Positions 39,920 through 51,645 of a stretch of 64,000 nucleotides of DNA are shown here, piece by piece. The notes beneath the pieces were generated by a model that saw only the letters and a list, made by a program, of their open reading frames with translations, did not search any database and was not told the origin of the DNA. A program made the translations under genes and the position numbers. This DNA comes from an uncultured Verrucomicrobiae bacterium (GTDB taxonomy: Bacteria > Verrucomicrobiota > Verrucomicrobiia > Chthoniobacterales > Chthoniobacteraceae): positions 192,001 to 256,000 of the forward strand of contig CAVYKI010000006.1 of NCBI GenBank assembly GCA_963769025.1, read 5' to 3'. How positions within the stretch are numbered: the stretch's first letter is position 1; each line of letters opens with the position of its first letter.

Positions 39920-40369
39920 TCAGGGCTTTGCGCCGGGACGCGGCGCGGACGCCTCGCGCAATGGGCGCGTGAGCTCGCCCTTGATGCGGTCGAGCACGCC
40001 ATTGACGAACCGGCTGCTGTCCTCGCCGCCGAACTTGCGGGCGATTTCGATGGCTTCGTTGATGGCGACCACCGGCGGCGTCTCCATGCAGTGGAACATC
40101 TCGTAGATCGCGAGCCGGAGAATGTTGCGGTCCACTGCGGCGAGGCGCGCGATGCCGAAATTCTCGACGTATTTCACGATGCGCGCATCCACGTCGGCGA
40201 GGTGCGCGTTCACGCCGGTGATGAGATTCTCCGCGTATTCCCGGACGGACGTCTTCGTCTCGCGGAAATTCCAGAAGTCGGTGCGCAGATCCGTGGCGCG
40301 GTCGCCGTGGATGTCCTGCTGGTAGAGGAATTGAACGGCCACCTCGCGGCCCTCGCGTCGTTTGCTCAT
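39920..40369 (-). CDS. nusB: Transcription antitermination factor NusB
   Basis: RREGREVAVQFLYQ, RLAAVDRNILRLAIYE, VAINEAIEIARKF, FVNGVLD. Confidence 0.97.
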   Translation of the reverse strand: MSKRREGREVAVQFLYQQDIHGDRATDLRTDFWNFRETKTSVREYAENLITGVNAHLADVDARIVKYVENFGIARLAAVDRNILRLAIYEMFHCMETPPVVAINEAIEIARKFGGEDSSRFVNGVLDRIKGELTRPLREASAPRPGAKP

Positions 40370-40854
40370 GAAAGTGACCGCGGTGCGCGGATGCCGTCGA
40401 GTGCCTGGATCATGCGCACGGCGGCGCGCGCGGCCTCGACTCCGCGATTGATGGTGGTGCCCAGGCAACGCTCGCGCGCCTGCTCCTCGGTGGCTGCAAC
40501 GATGACTTCGTGGAGCACCGGGAGTTTCAGCCGGAGCGAAATGTCGAGAAGGGCGTTCGTCACCGCCGTGGCGATGAGGTCCGCGTGGCTCGTCTCGCCT
40601 TCCCACAGCAGGCCGAACGCGAGAATGGCATCCGCCTTTCCCAACTCGCCGACCGTCTGCACGCCGAGCGGGATCTCGAACGAGCCGGGCACGCGATGGA
40701 GTTCCACCGACGATCCGGGCGCGATGGCGGCGAGTTCCTTGCGGGCGCCGTTGACGAGGCCGTCGACAAACTCCGCGTTGTAACGGCTCGCGACCACGAC
40801 GAAGCGCCGGGCGGCGTCGAGCGGTTCGGGTCGGTCTGGAAGTGCGGTGGACAT
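40366..40854 (-). CDS. ribH: 6,7-dimethyl-8-ribityllumazine synthase
   Basis: VVASRYN, VPGSFEIP, GETSH, TEEQARER, NRGVEAA; ATGA overlap with nusB. Confidence 0.95.
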   Translation of the reverse strand: MSTALPDRPEPLDAARRFVVVASRYNAEFVDGLVNGARKELAAIAPGSSVELHRVPGSFEIPLGVQTVGELGKADAILAFGLLWEGETSHADLIATAVTNALLDISLRLKLPVLHEVIVAATEEQARERCLGTTINRGVEAARAAVRMIQALDGIRAPRSLS

Positions 40855-40916
40855 TTTGGGGCGCGGAGGTTAGCGCGCAGAACCTGCGGCGCAAGGGAAG
40901 CCTCGCCTTCGTCGCG

Positions 40917-42479
<1,563 letters not shown>

Positions 42480-42526
42480 GTCGAACCCTGCCAGAACGCC
42501 GTGCCCGGTGGAAAGAGGGAAGTGCG

Positions 42527-42766
42527 TCAGAGCTGCGAGATGCGATCGCGGTTCACGAGCGCGCCGCAGCCCGGGCACTTCGGGAGGTCCGCGCCGGTGT
42601 CGTCGCGGAACTCGAATGCGCACAGGTGGCACTTCAAAAGTCCGCGCAGTGCGAGTTCCTCGCGCCGGGTGCGCCGGATGTTGTGCAGGATCGACGCGAG
42701 CAGAATGATGCCCAGGCAGAGGCCGGCGTAAACGAAGAGCAGTTCGTGGAGTTCGAGGCGAAACAT
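42527..42766 (-). CDS. Small membrane-anchored Zn-ribbon protein
   Basis: N-terminal TM followed by CHLC-x15-CPGC. Confidence 0.8.
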   Translation of the reverse strand: MFRLELHELLFVYAGLCLGIILLASILHNIRRTRREELALRGLLKCHLCAFEFRDDTGADLPKCPGCGALVNRDRISQL

Positions 42767-42771
42767 GTGGG

Positions 42772-43542
42772 CTAGCGCTGCGGAGCGGGCGGGTTCGTGG
42801 CGTCGTCGCCCCACGCAATGGTGACAGTGCCCCACTGCAAGGGCTCGCCGGACGGCGCGAACCGCAGTGTGCGGACGAATGCCAGCGCCTCGGCGTCGAG
42901 CGTCCGGTCGCCACTGGCCTGCTGGACAAACGCGAAACGCGGCTCGCCTTCCGCGCCTACTCCGGCGAGCACGGTCGTCGGCTCGACCGTCACGGCTGTC
43001 TTTGCACCAGGCGTGATCCTGAGGCTCTCCGGTGCGCGCGACTGGAGCGACGGCGAGAGGCGGATTTCCGTGGGCTGCGGGGCCGGTGCGGAGACTGTCG
43101 GCCTCTGCGCCGGCGAGATGCTTCGGATCAGCGCCAATGGTTCAAGCGCCGGAGGAATTTGGATCGTCGGCAGCTCCGGCGGCGCTGTGAGGGGCGGCGT
43201 GCGAAGGGTGAGGTAGGACGGGTAGTAGGGGACATCGAGCAGGCCCTTGGGCTCGACGGTCTGGACTCTCGCGACGAGCGCGGGGTCGTGCGTCGCGATC
43301 CATTGCAGCAGGGCGTCGGCTTCCGGCGAACCACCGGCAGGGTCGTTGGAAGCGGTCAGGATATGGACGACCGGCGCTGTCCGGACCGCCCTCGGTGCCA
43401 CGGGATCTTTTCCGTGGAAGACGAAGAACGCGGCGCTGTGCAGCAGGAAGGAGAGAAAGATGAACGCTGCGAGCCACCACGAGCTGCCCTCACGATCGGA
43501 CCACGTGAAGATGACCGGCGTCTCGCGCTCCGTGTCGTTCAT
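42772..43542 (-). CDS. TonB-like energy transducer
   Basis: TM with SFLLH (S-x3-H motif), Pro-rich middle, C-terminal VGAEG..QASGDRTLDAEALAFVRTLRF. Confidence 0.75.
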   Translation of the reverse strand: MNDTERETPVIFTWSDREGSSWWLAAFIFLSFLLHSAAFFVFHGKDPVAPRAVRTAPVVHILTASNDPAGGSPEADALLQWIATHDPALVARVQTVEPKGLLDVPYYPSYLTLRTPPLTAPPELPTIQIPPALEPLALIRSISPAQRPTVSAPAPQPTEIRLSPSLQSRAPESLRITPGAKTAVTVEPTTVLAGVGAEGEPRFAFVQQASGDRTLDAEALAFVRTLRFAPSGEPLQWGTVTIAWGDDATNPPAPQR

Positions 43543-43943
43543 TTTTTCGGGATGTCGCCCGCGAGGATCACCGAATAGCTCTGGCGCAACGCCTCATCGG
43601 TGACGGCGGCGACCATCCCGGAGGGCGTGCCGATGTCGGCCTTGATGATGAGCCACTTTTCCGCGGACTCGTTCTCGGAAAGGCGCGCGCGCAATTCGGC
43701 AAGGGTCACCGTGCGATCCCGGTGGTAGATCGCGGCTGCCGGCCCGCCGGTGATGCTCACGATCTCCGCGTTGCGCTGCGTGCCGAGTGCGAACGACGAG
43801 GCAGGAAGGCTGACCTGCACGCCCGGCGTGAGCGTGAATTTCGACCCGAGCACGTAAAAGGCGATGACGAGCAGGAGCACGTTCAGCATCGGCATGATGC
43901 CGAACAGCGCGAGGGGAAAGTGGTAGGCGCGCTCGATCTTCAC
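43539..43943 (-). CDS. exbD: ExbD/TolR family biopolymer transporter
   Basis: IMPMLNVLLLVIAFY, GVQVSLP, LIIKAD; GTG start. Confidence 0.85.
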   Translation of the reverse strand: MKIERAYHFPLALFGIMPMLNVLLLVIAFYVLGSKFTLTPGVQVSLPASSFALGTQRNAEIVSITGGPAAAIYHRDRTVTLAELRARLSENESAEKWLIIKADIGTPSGMVAAVTDEALRQSYSVILAGDIPKK

Positions 43944-43945
43944 GG

Positions 43946-44611
43946 TCAGCGGTTTTCGGAGCGCTGGCGGGCTTCTCCAAACTCGATGATGTCGGACTGC
44001 TGGCGGCTTTCCATGAGGAGATTCACCACCTCGATCCCGGCGCGCTCCATGTCGTGGACGACGGCATTTGCCCGCGCGCTGAGGTAGGCGTAGCCCATCG
44101 CGCAAGGGATGCAGACAGCGAGCCCCGCGGCGGTCGTGATGAGCGCCTGGTAGATTCCGTTTCCGATTTCCGCCGAGCTGGTGAGGCCGGTGGTCGCGGC
44201 CATGCTTTGAAACGCCTCGATCAGCCCGGCGACCGTGCCGAGCAGCCCGAGCAGCGGCGTGAGAAAGGCGAGCGAGGCGAGCATGCCGAGGCGGCGTTCG
44301 AGGCGCGGCACCTCGAGCTGGCCGGCTTCCTCGACGATGTCCTTCAGCTCCGAGCGTGGCGCGCTGTGGCGGATGATTGCAGAGTGAACGACGCGCTGGA
44401 CCGGTCCCTTTGTCGCGGCGGCCTCCATCTGCGCCTCCTGGTATCGGCGGCCGTGGATCAGATTTGCGAGGCCGCGCATGAATTCACCCACGCGGACGCT
44501 GATGCGGTGGAAGTAAATCAGCCGTTCGAGGAACACCGCGCTGGCGAGCACGCTGCAAACCAGAATGAACCACATGACGGGTCCGCCCTTTTGCATGAAG
44601 TCGAGAAGCAT
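43946..44611 (-). CDS. exbB: MotA/TolQ/ExbB proton channel
   Basis: KGGPVMW, TPLLGLLGTVAGLIEAF, GIYQALITTAAGL. Confidence 0.93.
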   Translation of the reverse strand: MLLDFMQKGGPVMWFILVCSVLASAVFLERLIYFHRISVRVGEFMRGLANLIHGRRYQEAQMEAAATKGPVQRVVHSAIIRHSAPRSELKDIVEEAGQLEVPRLERRLGMLASLAFLTPLLGLLGTVAGLIEAFQSMAATTGLTSSAEIGNGIYQALITTAAGLAVCIPCAMGYAYLSARANAVVHDMERAGIEVVNLLMESRQQSDIIEFGEARQRSENR

Positions 44612-44685
44612 GGCGCAAAAGTAGTCACCATCGGTTGCGGCGCGAAAGGATGAAGTTTCGATTTCGCGCCGCGCAGCATCCGCGT

Positions 44686-45201
44686 ATGAAGACGCGCGTG
44701 CGAATCCTTGCCATCGATCCTTCCCTGCGTTCCAGCGGCTTTGCCGTGCTGGAGAAAACCGGTGGGAAGATCCGCGCCATTGAATACGGCGTGGTGAAGA
44801 ATCCGCCGGCATTGCTCCACAGCACGTGCCTCGTCGCGATCCGCGATCGGATCGCCGCGGTCATCGCGCAGCACTCGCCGGAGTGCGCGGTGTTTGAAGG
44901 CGTGATTTTTGTGCAGAGCCACCGGACGGCGATCACGCTCGGCGCGGCACGCGGAGCGGCGCTCGTGGCGGCGGCGGAGCGCGGGCTGCCGATCTATGAA
45001 TACGCGCCGCGCCGCGTGAAGCAAAGCGTCGTGGGCCGCGGCGGCGCGCAGAAGCAGCAGGTGGGATTCATGGTGCGCGTGCTCCTCGGCCTGTCCGAGA
45101 CGCCGTCGCCGGACGCCGCGGATGCTCTGGCGGTCGGGCTCACGCATTTCCAATGCGCCGAGAGCGCACGGCATGGCGCGGTGATCCTGGAGCGGATATG
45201 A
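44686..45201 (+). CDS. ruvC: Holliday junction resolvase RuvC
   Basis: ILAIDPS, VFEGV, LGAARGA, EYAPRRVKQSVVGRGGAQKQQV, DAADALA. Confidence 0.97.
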   Translation: MKTRVRILAIDPSLRSSGFAVLEKTGGKIRAIEYGVVKNPPALLHSTCLVAIRDRIAAVIAQHSPECAVFEGVIFVQSHRTAITLGAARGAALVAAAERGLPIYEYAPRRVKQSVVGRGGAQKQQVGFMVRVLLGLSETPSPDAADALAVGLTHFQCAESARHGAVILERI

Positions 45202-45827
45202 AAGTGCGCTGGCTCGGCAGGATCGGCTACGGCGAGGCGCTGGCCATGCAGGAGGAAATCGTCGCCGCAAAGGCGGCCCGGACGGACGTGCCGGATGAAC
45301 TGCTGCTGCTCGAGCACGATTCCGTTTTCACGATCGGCCGGACGAGGGATCAGTCTTCGCTGCGCGACCCCGCCGCGCTGCCGGCGCCGCTCATGGCGAT
45401 CAATCGCGGCGGCCAGGCGACGTGGCACGGGCCCGGGCAGCTCGTCGGCTATCCTCTGCTCGACCTGCGGCCGCGCGGCTCGGACCTTCACCGCTACCTG
45501 CGCGACCTGGAGGAATTCCTGATTTTGCTCTGCGCGGATTTCGGCGTGGCGGCTTCTCGCCGCGAGGGGCTCACGGGCGTCTGGGTGGGCGAGAGAAAAA
45601 TCGCGAGCCTCGGCGTCGGCGTGCGGCGGTGGATTTCGATGCACGGCTTCGCGCTGAATGTATGCGGGACGCTGGAGGGCTTTTCGCACATCACGCCGTG
45701 CGGGATCGCAGGCGTTGAAATGACGAGCCTCGAACGCGAGGGCGCGGCTGGCGTGACGGTCGAAGGCGTGGCCGCGAAGGTCGCGGAACGCTTTCCGGGA
45801 TTTCTCGCGCAGCCGCCGCGTCGCTAG
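45198..45827 (+). CDS. lipB: Lipoyl(octanoyl) transferase
   Basis: LLEHDSVFTIGR, RGGQATWHGPGQLVGYP, KIASLG, HGFALN, ITPCGI. Confidence 0.97.
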   Translation: MKVRWLGRIGYGEALAMQEEIVAAKAARTDVPDELLLLEHDSVFTIGRTRDQSSLRDPAALPAPLMAINRGGQATWHGPGQLVGYPLLDLRPRGSDLHRYLRDLEEFLILLCADFGVAASRREGLTGVWVGERKIASLGVGVRRWISMHGFALNVCGTLEGFSHITPCGIAGVEMTSLEREGAAGVTVEGVAAKVAERFPGFLAQPPRR

Positions 45828-47701
45828 CTGTAAATCACGAGTTCGATGTCCTCGGGCAGATTGCTCGCGACGCGTTCGATGACACTGCCCTTGAGCAGCC
45901 GCGCCATTTTCGCGCGATGCGAAGATCCAAGCATGACGATGTCCGCCCCGAGCGTTGCGGCGATGTCAACGATGGTCCCAGCGGGGTCGGTGGACTCGGC
46001 ATAGACCGGCTGCACGCACACGTCGATTTCCTCGCCGAGTTTGAGCACCAGCGACATGATGGGCGCGGCCTGCGGATCGTCCTGCCAGCGGTTTCTGCGC
46101 GGCGTGCTGTAATTTGCCGCGCCGAGAAAGACGGCCACTTCCCGGATATACAGGACGCACAGTGAGGCTCCTCGCAGCTTCGCCTCGTCGAGTGCGAAAC
46201 GGAGCACCGGCGTCGGACCGCGCGCGGCGACGAGAATTTTTTGACCTTCCATCAGCCGCGGACGCAACCTGGCGACCGCCTCGGGATCGATGAGGTCCGC
46301 GACCTCCTTGGAAATCGTGAGGGTCTTTAGCCCGGTGACCTTGTGCGAATACGCGCGCAGCCCGAGGCCGACGCCGACGACGATGACGGCGAAGTAGAGG
46401 GCCTGCGGTTTCATGTAGGCAATCGTCAGCTCCGCGCCCATGAGCACGACAAATGTCGCGGCCATGGCGATGCGTTCGAACCACCGCATGTCCAGGTTTC
46501 GATTTGCGACGCACGCGCCGAGGTTCACCGAGATCGCGCCGACCACGCTGATCTCGTAAAGCTCGGCGAGGCCTTCAAGGTTTTGGGTGAATGTGAGGAT
46601 GACCACCGGCAGGAACGTGGCGAGCAGGAGCGGGATGATCGGGACGCCGTGGGAATTCAGGCGCGAGAGCGGGCGCGGCATTTCGCCGTCCTGACCGAGC
46701 ATGTAGAAGACGCCGATCACCGCGTTGATCGCGGTGTTGACCGCGCTCAGGAGCAGCACGCCAAAGACGATGCCGACGACGAGCCCGACCGAATGCCCGA
46801 CGATCGTGCCGCCCACCTTCGTGCCGTAGTGTTCGCCGAGAAAGCGGAGCATGTAATTCTTGTGCTCCACGAAGGCGCTTTGCGTTTCGGGCGTGTTCGC
46901 CATCGAGAGCATCGCCCACCCGAGAAGGACCGTGGCGACGACCACCTCGATCGCGACGATGAAAAGCGCGCGCCCTGCGGTGCGGCCCACCTTCACCTTT
47001 TCCCCCACGTCGCCGGGATCGGCCTTCATGACGCCCGTCATGCTCGCGACGGCCTCGACGCCGCTGAGCGCCAGGATCGCCCCGGTGAACCAGATCCACG
47101 TCTGGCTCATCGCGCCGTGGGTGGCCTTCGGGTGCCGTTCCAGGAACGCCGGGTCGGCGAGCGCCTCGCTGGGCCAGCGGAGAAATTCCGTCGTGAGATA
47201 AGGTGCGCTGATGGCGATCAAAATGAGCACGGTCACCACGGTCGGAATCGCCATCGCGATGGCCATGCTGCCGCTGTGCTTCGGGCCGAACCAATTCACC
47301 GCGCCGAGGATCACGATCGCCGTCATCGTCGCCGCCGGGAGCCACTTTTCCGGCACGCCGAAGTAGCTCATGGCCGACCAGCCGCTGAGTGCGGCGGTGA
47401 CGAGAAAATTCGCAATCAGCAGCAGCGCGCCAAGCGAGGCGAGGATCCGGCTCTGCTGGCGGGCCGCCGAATACACGCCGCCGCCGTCGGGGAAATTGCG
47501 GCAGATGATGGAGTAGTTGTAACCGACGATCGCCGTGAGCACGCAGACGGCGATGATGACGGGAAGGGCCGCGAAGCCCGCGGCGACGATCGTGAGACCG
47601 ATGACGTAGGCCTTCGACGTCCCCCAGTCGCCGTAGAGCAGCGCGGCAGCGCGCTTCCAGTCGAGATTGCGGGGGCGTGCGACATCTGTGGACGGTCCCA
47701 T
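45824..47701 (-). CDS. APC-superfamily transporter (YdaO/KimA-like) with C-terminal universal stress protein domain
   Basis: GDWGTSKAYV, FPDGGGVYS, LALSGVEAVAS, about 12 TMs; C-terminal ILVAARG...IVDIAATLGADIVMLGS..LLKGSVIERV. Confidence 0.9.
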   Translation of the reverse strand: MGPSTDVARPRNLDWKRAAALLYGDWGTSKAYVIGLTIVAAGFAALPVIIAVCVLTAIVGYNYSIICRNFPDGGGVYSAARQQSRILASLGALLLIANFLVTAALSGWSAMSYFGVPEKWLPAATMTAIVILGAVNWFGPKHSGSMAIAMAIPTVVTVLILIAISAPYLTTEFLRWPSEALADPAFLERHPKATHGAMSQTWIWFTGAILALSGVEAVASMTGVMKADPGDVGEKVKVGRTAGRALFIVAIEVVVATVLLGWAMLSMANTPETQSAFVEHKNYMLRFLGEHYGTKVGGTIVGHSVGLVVGIVFGVLLLSAVNTAINAVIGVFYMLGQDGEMPRPLSRLNSHGVPIIPLLLATFLPVVILTFTQNLEGLAELYEISVVGAISVNLGACVANRNLDMRWFERIAMAATFVVLMGAELTIAYMKPQALYFAVIVVGVGLGLRAYSHKVTGLKTLTISKEVADLIDPEAVARLRPRLMEGQKILVAARGPTPVLRFALDEAKLRGASLCVLYIREVAVFLGAANYSTPRRNRWQDDPQAAPIMSLVLKLGEEIDVCVQPVYAESTDPAGTIVDIAATLGADIVMLGSSHRAKMARLLKGSVIERVASNLPEDIELVIYS

Positions 47702-47886
47702 ATCAGTTCAATGCGAGTGACAATCTCCTGGCGCGGCGCGAAGCCTCAGCGTGCGACGGTCGGCAGGAGTTGCGTGACGGGTTGGGAAGGATTCCGCCCG
47801 ATTCGGGAAGCGAAGGCATGCCGCCCGGTGTTTGATTCGGTTTTCAAGATACCGGCGGACGATGACGATGCACGGCGATAGGTCAA
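47702..47886 (-). promoter_or_regulatory. Candidate promoter and structured 5' leader of the APC-USP gene
   Basis: TTGACC-16-CATCGT, then hairpins and words resembling the c-di-AMP riboswitch (see findings). Confidence 0.45.
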
Positions 47887-47957
47887 GGCGGCAGCGGCGG
47901 ACATCGCCGTTGGCAAAGGCGCGCCCGGGTGGTTTACTCGCGCGACTTTTCCTCCCG

Positions 47958-49019
<1,062 letters not shown>

Positions 49020-49025
49020 GCCGCG

Positions 49026-49841
49026 TCAGCAGCCAAAGGTCTTCCGGAGATATTCGCGACTCTTCGTGGCGATGACTTCCGGGCCTTCGTCGAAATTGAA
49101 AACCTCGACCGAGACGGTGCCGTCGTAGCCGGACTCGCGCAGCGCGGCGGCGATGGGCGCGAAGTCCATGTCGCCGAATCCCGGCCCCTTCAGGTTCGGG
49201 TCGTTCGCGTGGAAGTACTCAAACTTGCCCGCACTCTCGCGGATGATTTGCGGGATCGGCGTGGCCTCCGCACTCATCGCCTTTACATCAAGAATGATGC
49301 TCATCGCGCGGCTCGCGAACTGCGCGGCGAAGCGGCGCCCCTCGGCGGCGGTATTCACGAAATTCGTCTCCGCCGGCGCGAGCGGCTCAAAGCAAAGCAC
49401 GACCCCGCGTTCCTCCGCGCGCTTCACGGCGGCGCGGAAGACCTCCGTCGCCCATGCCCACGCCTGTTCAAACGTCACGCCATCCATGATGTTCCGCTGC
49501 TTGGGCGACCCGACGATGATGCGCGTCCCACCGAGGTCTGCGCAGCAGTCCACCAGTTCGGTGAAATACGCCGACGTGCGCGTCCGCACCGCCGCATCGG
49601 GATGCGTGAGATACATCCCTTCGGCCTGCACGAGCACCCAGTGCAGGCCGCTGATGCCGATGCCTGCGCTCGCGGCGAGTCCGCGGATGCGCGTGCGTTC
49701 GGCGGGGGAAATGTCGGTCACCGACTTCGCGATGGTGAAGGGCGCGATCTCGACGAAGTCGTAGCCCGCCTTTTTCGCGAACGCGAAGGTATCCTCCAGC
49801 GACCAGTCCTTGAAGATCTCATTGCAGATTCCGAATTTCAT
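49026..49841 (-). CDS. Sugar phosphate isomerase/epimerase (D-psicose/tagatose 3-epimerase-like TIM barrel)
   Basis: EPLAPAETNFVNT, ILDVKAM, FHAND, GPGFG, SVEVF. Confidence 0.9.
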   Translation of the reverse strand: MKFGICNEIFKDWSLEDTFAFAKKAGYDFVEIAPFTIAKSVTDISPAERTRIRGLAASAGIGISGLHWVLVQAEGMYLTHPDAAVRTRTSAYFTELVDCCADLGGTRIIVGSPKQRNIMDGVTFEQAWAWATEVFRAAVKRAEERGVVLCFEPLAPAETNFVNTAAEGRRFAAQFASRAMSIILDVKAMSAEATPIPQIIRESAGKFEYFHANDPNLKGPGFGDMDFAPIAAALRESGYDGTVSVEVFNFDEGPEVIATKSREYLRKTFGC

Positions 49842-49937
49842 CCCCGCAGGATGCCGTGTGCGTGACGCGCTGGGGAAGCGGAAACTCCGCAGTCAAATCC
49901 TCCGCGGTTCCCGGCTGCACGCCAGGCCGGCACTCAG

Positions 49938-50489
49938 CTAAGGCGCTGCCTTGGGAGCGCTGAGGCTTTTGCTGTAGAACCCGGACCGATCAAAGCAGCA
50001 CACGCGGCGTTTCCCCGCAGCGAGCATCGAGCAGGCACTGGCCACCCGGCGGGTGCGAGTCTCCGGCAGTTTGGCGGAGGTGATCCAATGGATCCAATCT
50101 CGGCGCGCGATGGGCGTGATTTCGTCCCACAACGCCCGTGCCTTCGGGTCCGCCGCGAGAGCCTTCCGCAGGTCGGCGGGCACCTTGGGTTCCGGTTCCT
50201 CGGCCAAGGGCGCGATCTCCAGCGTGACGGTGTCGCCCGCGTCTGCGCCGGCCGCTTCGCGCAACTTTCGGCTCACTTTGAGCCAATGGCTTTTCTGGCC
50301 ATCCGGCTCGAGCGTGGCCCGGAAGGGGACACCATTGAGGGTGCCTTCCACCGTCGTCATGCTCCGCGAAGGGAGCTTCGCACTCGCGTCCATCGGCAGG
50401 GTAAGAAAGGTCCACGACCCGCCCTTCGCGGTCCCTTCCGGGCGGATGAGTTTTGCTGCGAAACTGATCTTGGAAGCGGATTTGGCCAT
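49938..50489 (-). CDS. DUF1905 + YdeI/OmpD-associated domain protein
   Basis: WTFLTLP..VEGTLNG..GDTVTLEI; VPADLRKAL..WITSAKLPETRTRR. Confidence 0.88.
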   Translation of the reverse strand: MAKSASKISFAAKLIRPEGTAKGGSWTFLTLPMDASAKLPSRSMTTVEGTLNGVPFRATLEPDGQKSHWLKVSRKLREAAGADAGDTVTLEIAPLAEEPEPKVPADLRKALAADPKARALWDEITPIARRDWIHWITSAKLPETRTRRVASACSMLAAGKRRVCCFDRSGFYSKSLSAPKAAP

Positions 50490-50510
50490 TGTCGCCTTGT
50501 ATCCAGAGGC

Positions 50511-51041
50511 TCAGCGGATGCCGCGGGCGATGTATTCGCGGGAGAGGGTGACGTAGCGGTCGGCCCAGACGCGGATGCCGGCCTGCTCGTCGAGCGTGAG
50601 GGTGCGGACGACCTTCGCGGGCGCACCGAGGATGAGGGAGCCGGGCGGGAAGATTTTGCCGCCGGTGACGATGGCGCCTGCGCCGATGATGCACCGGGCG
50701 CCGATTTCCGCGCCGTCGAGCACGATCGCGCCCATGCCGACGAGGACCTCGTTGTCCACCTTGCAGGCGTGGAGCACGGCCTTGTGGCCGACGGTGACGA
50801 GTTCACCGATCTCGGTGCCGAAGTCGTCGGCGAGATGGATGACGGAGCCGTCCTGGATGTTCGAGCGCGGGCCGATGACGATGCGGTTGATGTCCGCCCG
50901 CACGGCGCACTGGAACCACACGCTGGACTCCTCGCCGAGGGTCACGTCGCCGAGGATGGTGGCGTTGGCCGCGGTGAACGCGGTCGGGTGAATGCGAGGA
51001 ACGCTGTCGAGATGCCGTGCGATCCGCTGGTGAAAATCCAT
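50511..51041 (-). CDS. Gamma-carbonic anhydrase family (hexapeptide repeat) protein
   Basis: ILGDVTLG..SVW..RADIN, SNIQDGSVIH, VTVGHKAVLHAC. Confidence 0.94.
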   Translation of the reverse strand: MDFHQRIARHLDSVPRIHPTAFTAANATILGDVTLGEESSVWFQCAVRADINRIVIGPRSNIQDGSVIHLADDFGTEIGELVTVGHKAVLHACKVDNEVLVGMGAIVLDGAEIGARCIIGAGAIVTGGKIFPPGSLILGAPAKVVRTLTLDEQAGIRVWADRYVTLSREYIARGIR

Positions 51042-51105
51042 GGCAGAAGCTGTGCCATTTGCCGTGGAAAAATCAACCTCCGAACGGTGCCGGAGAGATG
51101 AAGGA

Positions 51106-51139
51106 AAATTCGGCGGAAACCGATTGACTCGCCGAATTT
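51106..51139 (+). promoter_or_regulatory. Inverted repeat bracketing a -35-like box upstream of hup
   Basis: AAATTCGGCG-14 nt (containing TTGACT)-CGCCGAATTT. Confidence 0.5.
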
Positions 51140-51224
51140 CGAGTGACACACAGCGGCCCGAATTCGCGGGCTGATTCTCCGCCCCCGGAAATTTTATCAC
51201 TCAGCCAACCAACCAGCATTTCCC

Positions 51225-51500
51225 ATGAATAAGGCAGAACTTGTTTCCAGTGTACAAAAGAACCTCGGCAAGGACGTGAGTAAGGCGGCCGCGGAAAAGG
51301 CGGTGAACGCAGTGGTCGAATCCATCGCGGGCTCGCTGCGTCGGGGGAAAAATGTGCAGTTGATCGGCTTCGGGACTTTCAAGGTCGTGAACCGGAAGGC
51401 CCGGCTCGGCGTGAACCCGAAGACTGGCGAGAAGATCAAAATCAAGGCCTCCAAGGCGGTGAAATTTGCGGTCGGCAAGGAACTTAAGTCGAAGCTGTAG
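51225..51500 (+). CDS. hup: DNA-binding protein HU
   Basis: MNKAELV, VQLIGFGTF, RKARLGVNPKTGE. Confidence 0.97.
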   Translation: MNKAELVSSVQKNLGKDVSKAAAEKAVNAVVESIAGSLRRGKNVQLIGFGTFKVVNRKARLGVNPKTGEKIKIKASKAVKFAVGKELKSKL

Positions 51501-51645
51501 ATCTTGGGGAATGGGGGCCGCCGTGGGACCGGCGCCGAGGGCTGTAGCGTTCCCCGGAAAAAGGGGGTGAATTTTCGCGGGATTGGACTTTGCCGCAAGG
51601 GGCGGTCTGGAAGCTGCTTACTCAGGCTCGATCATTTCAGCCCGA

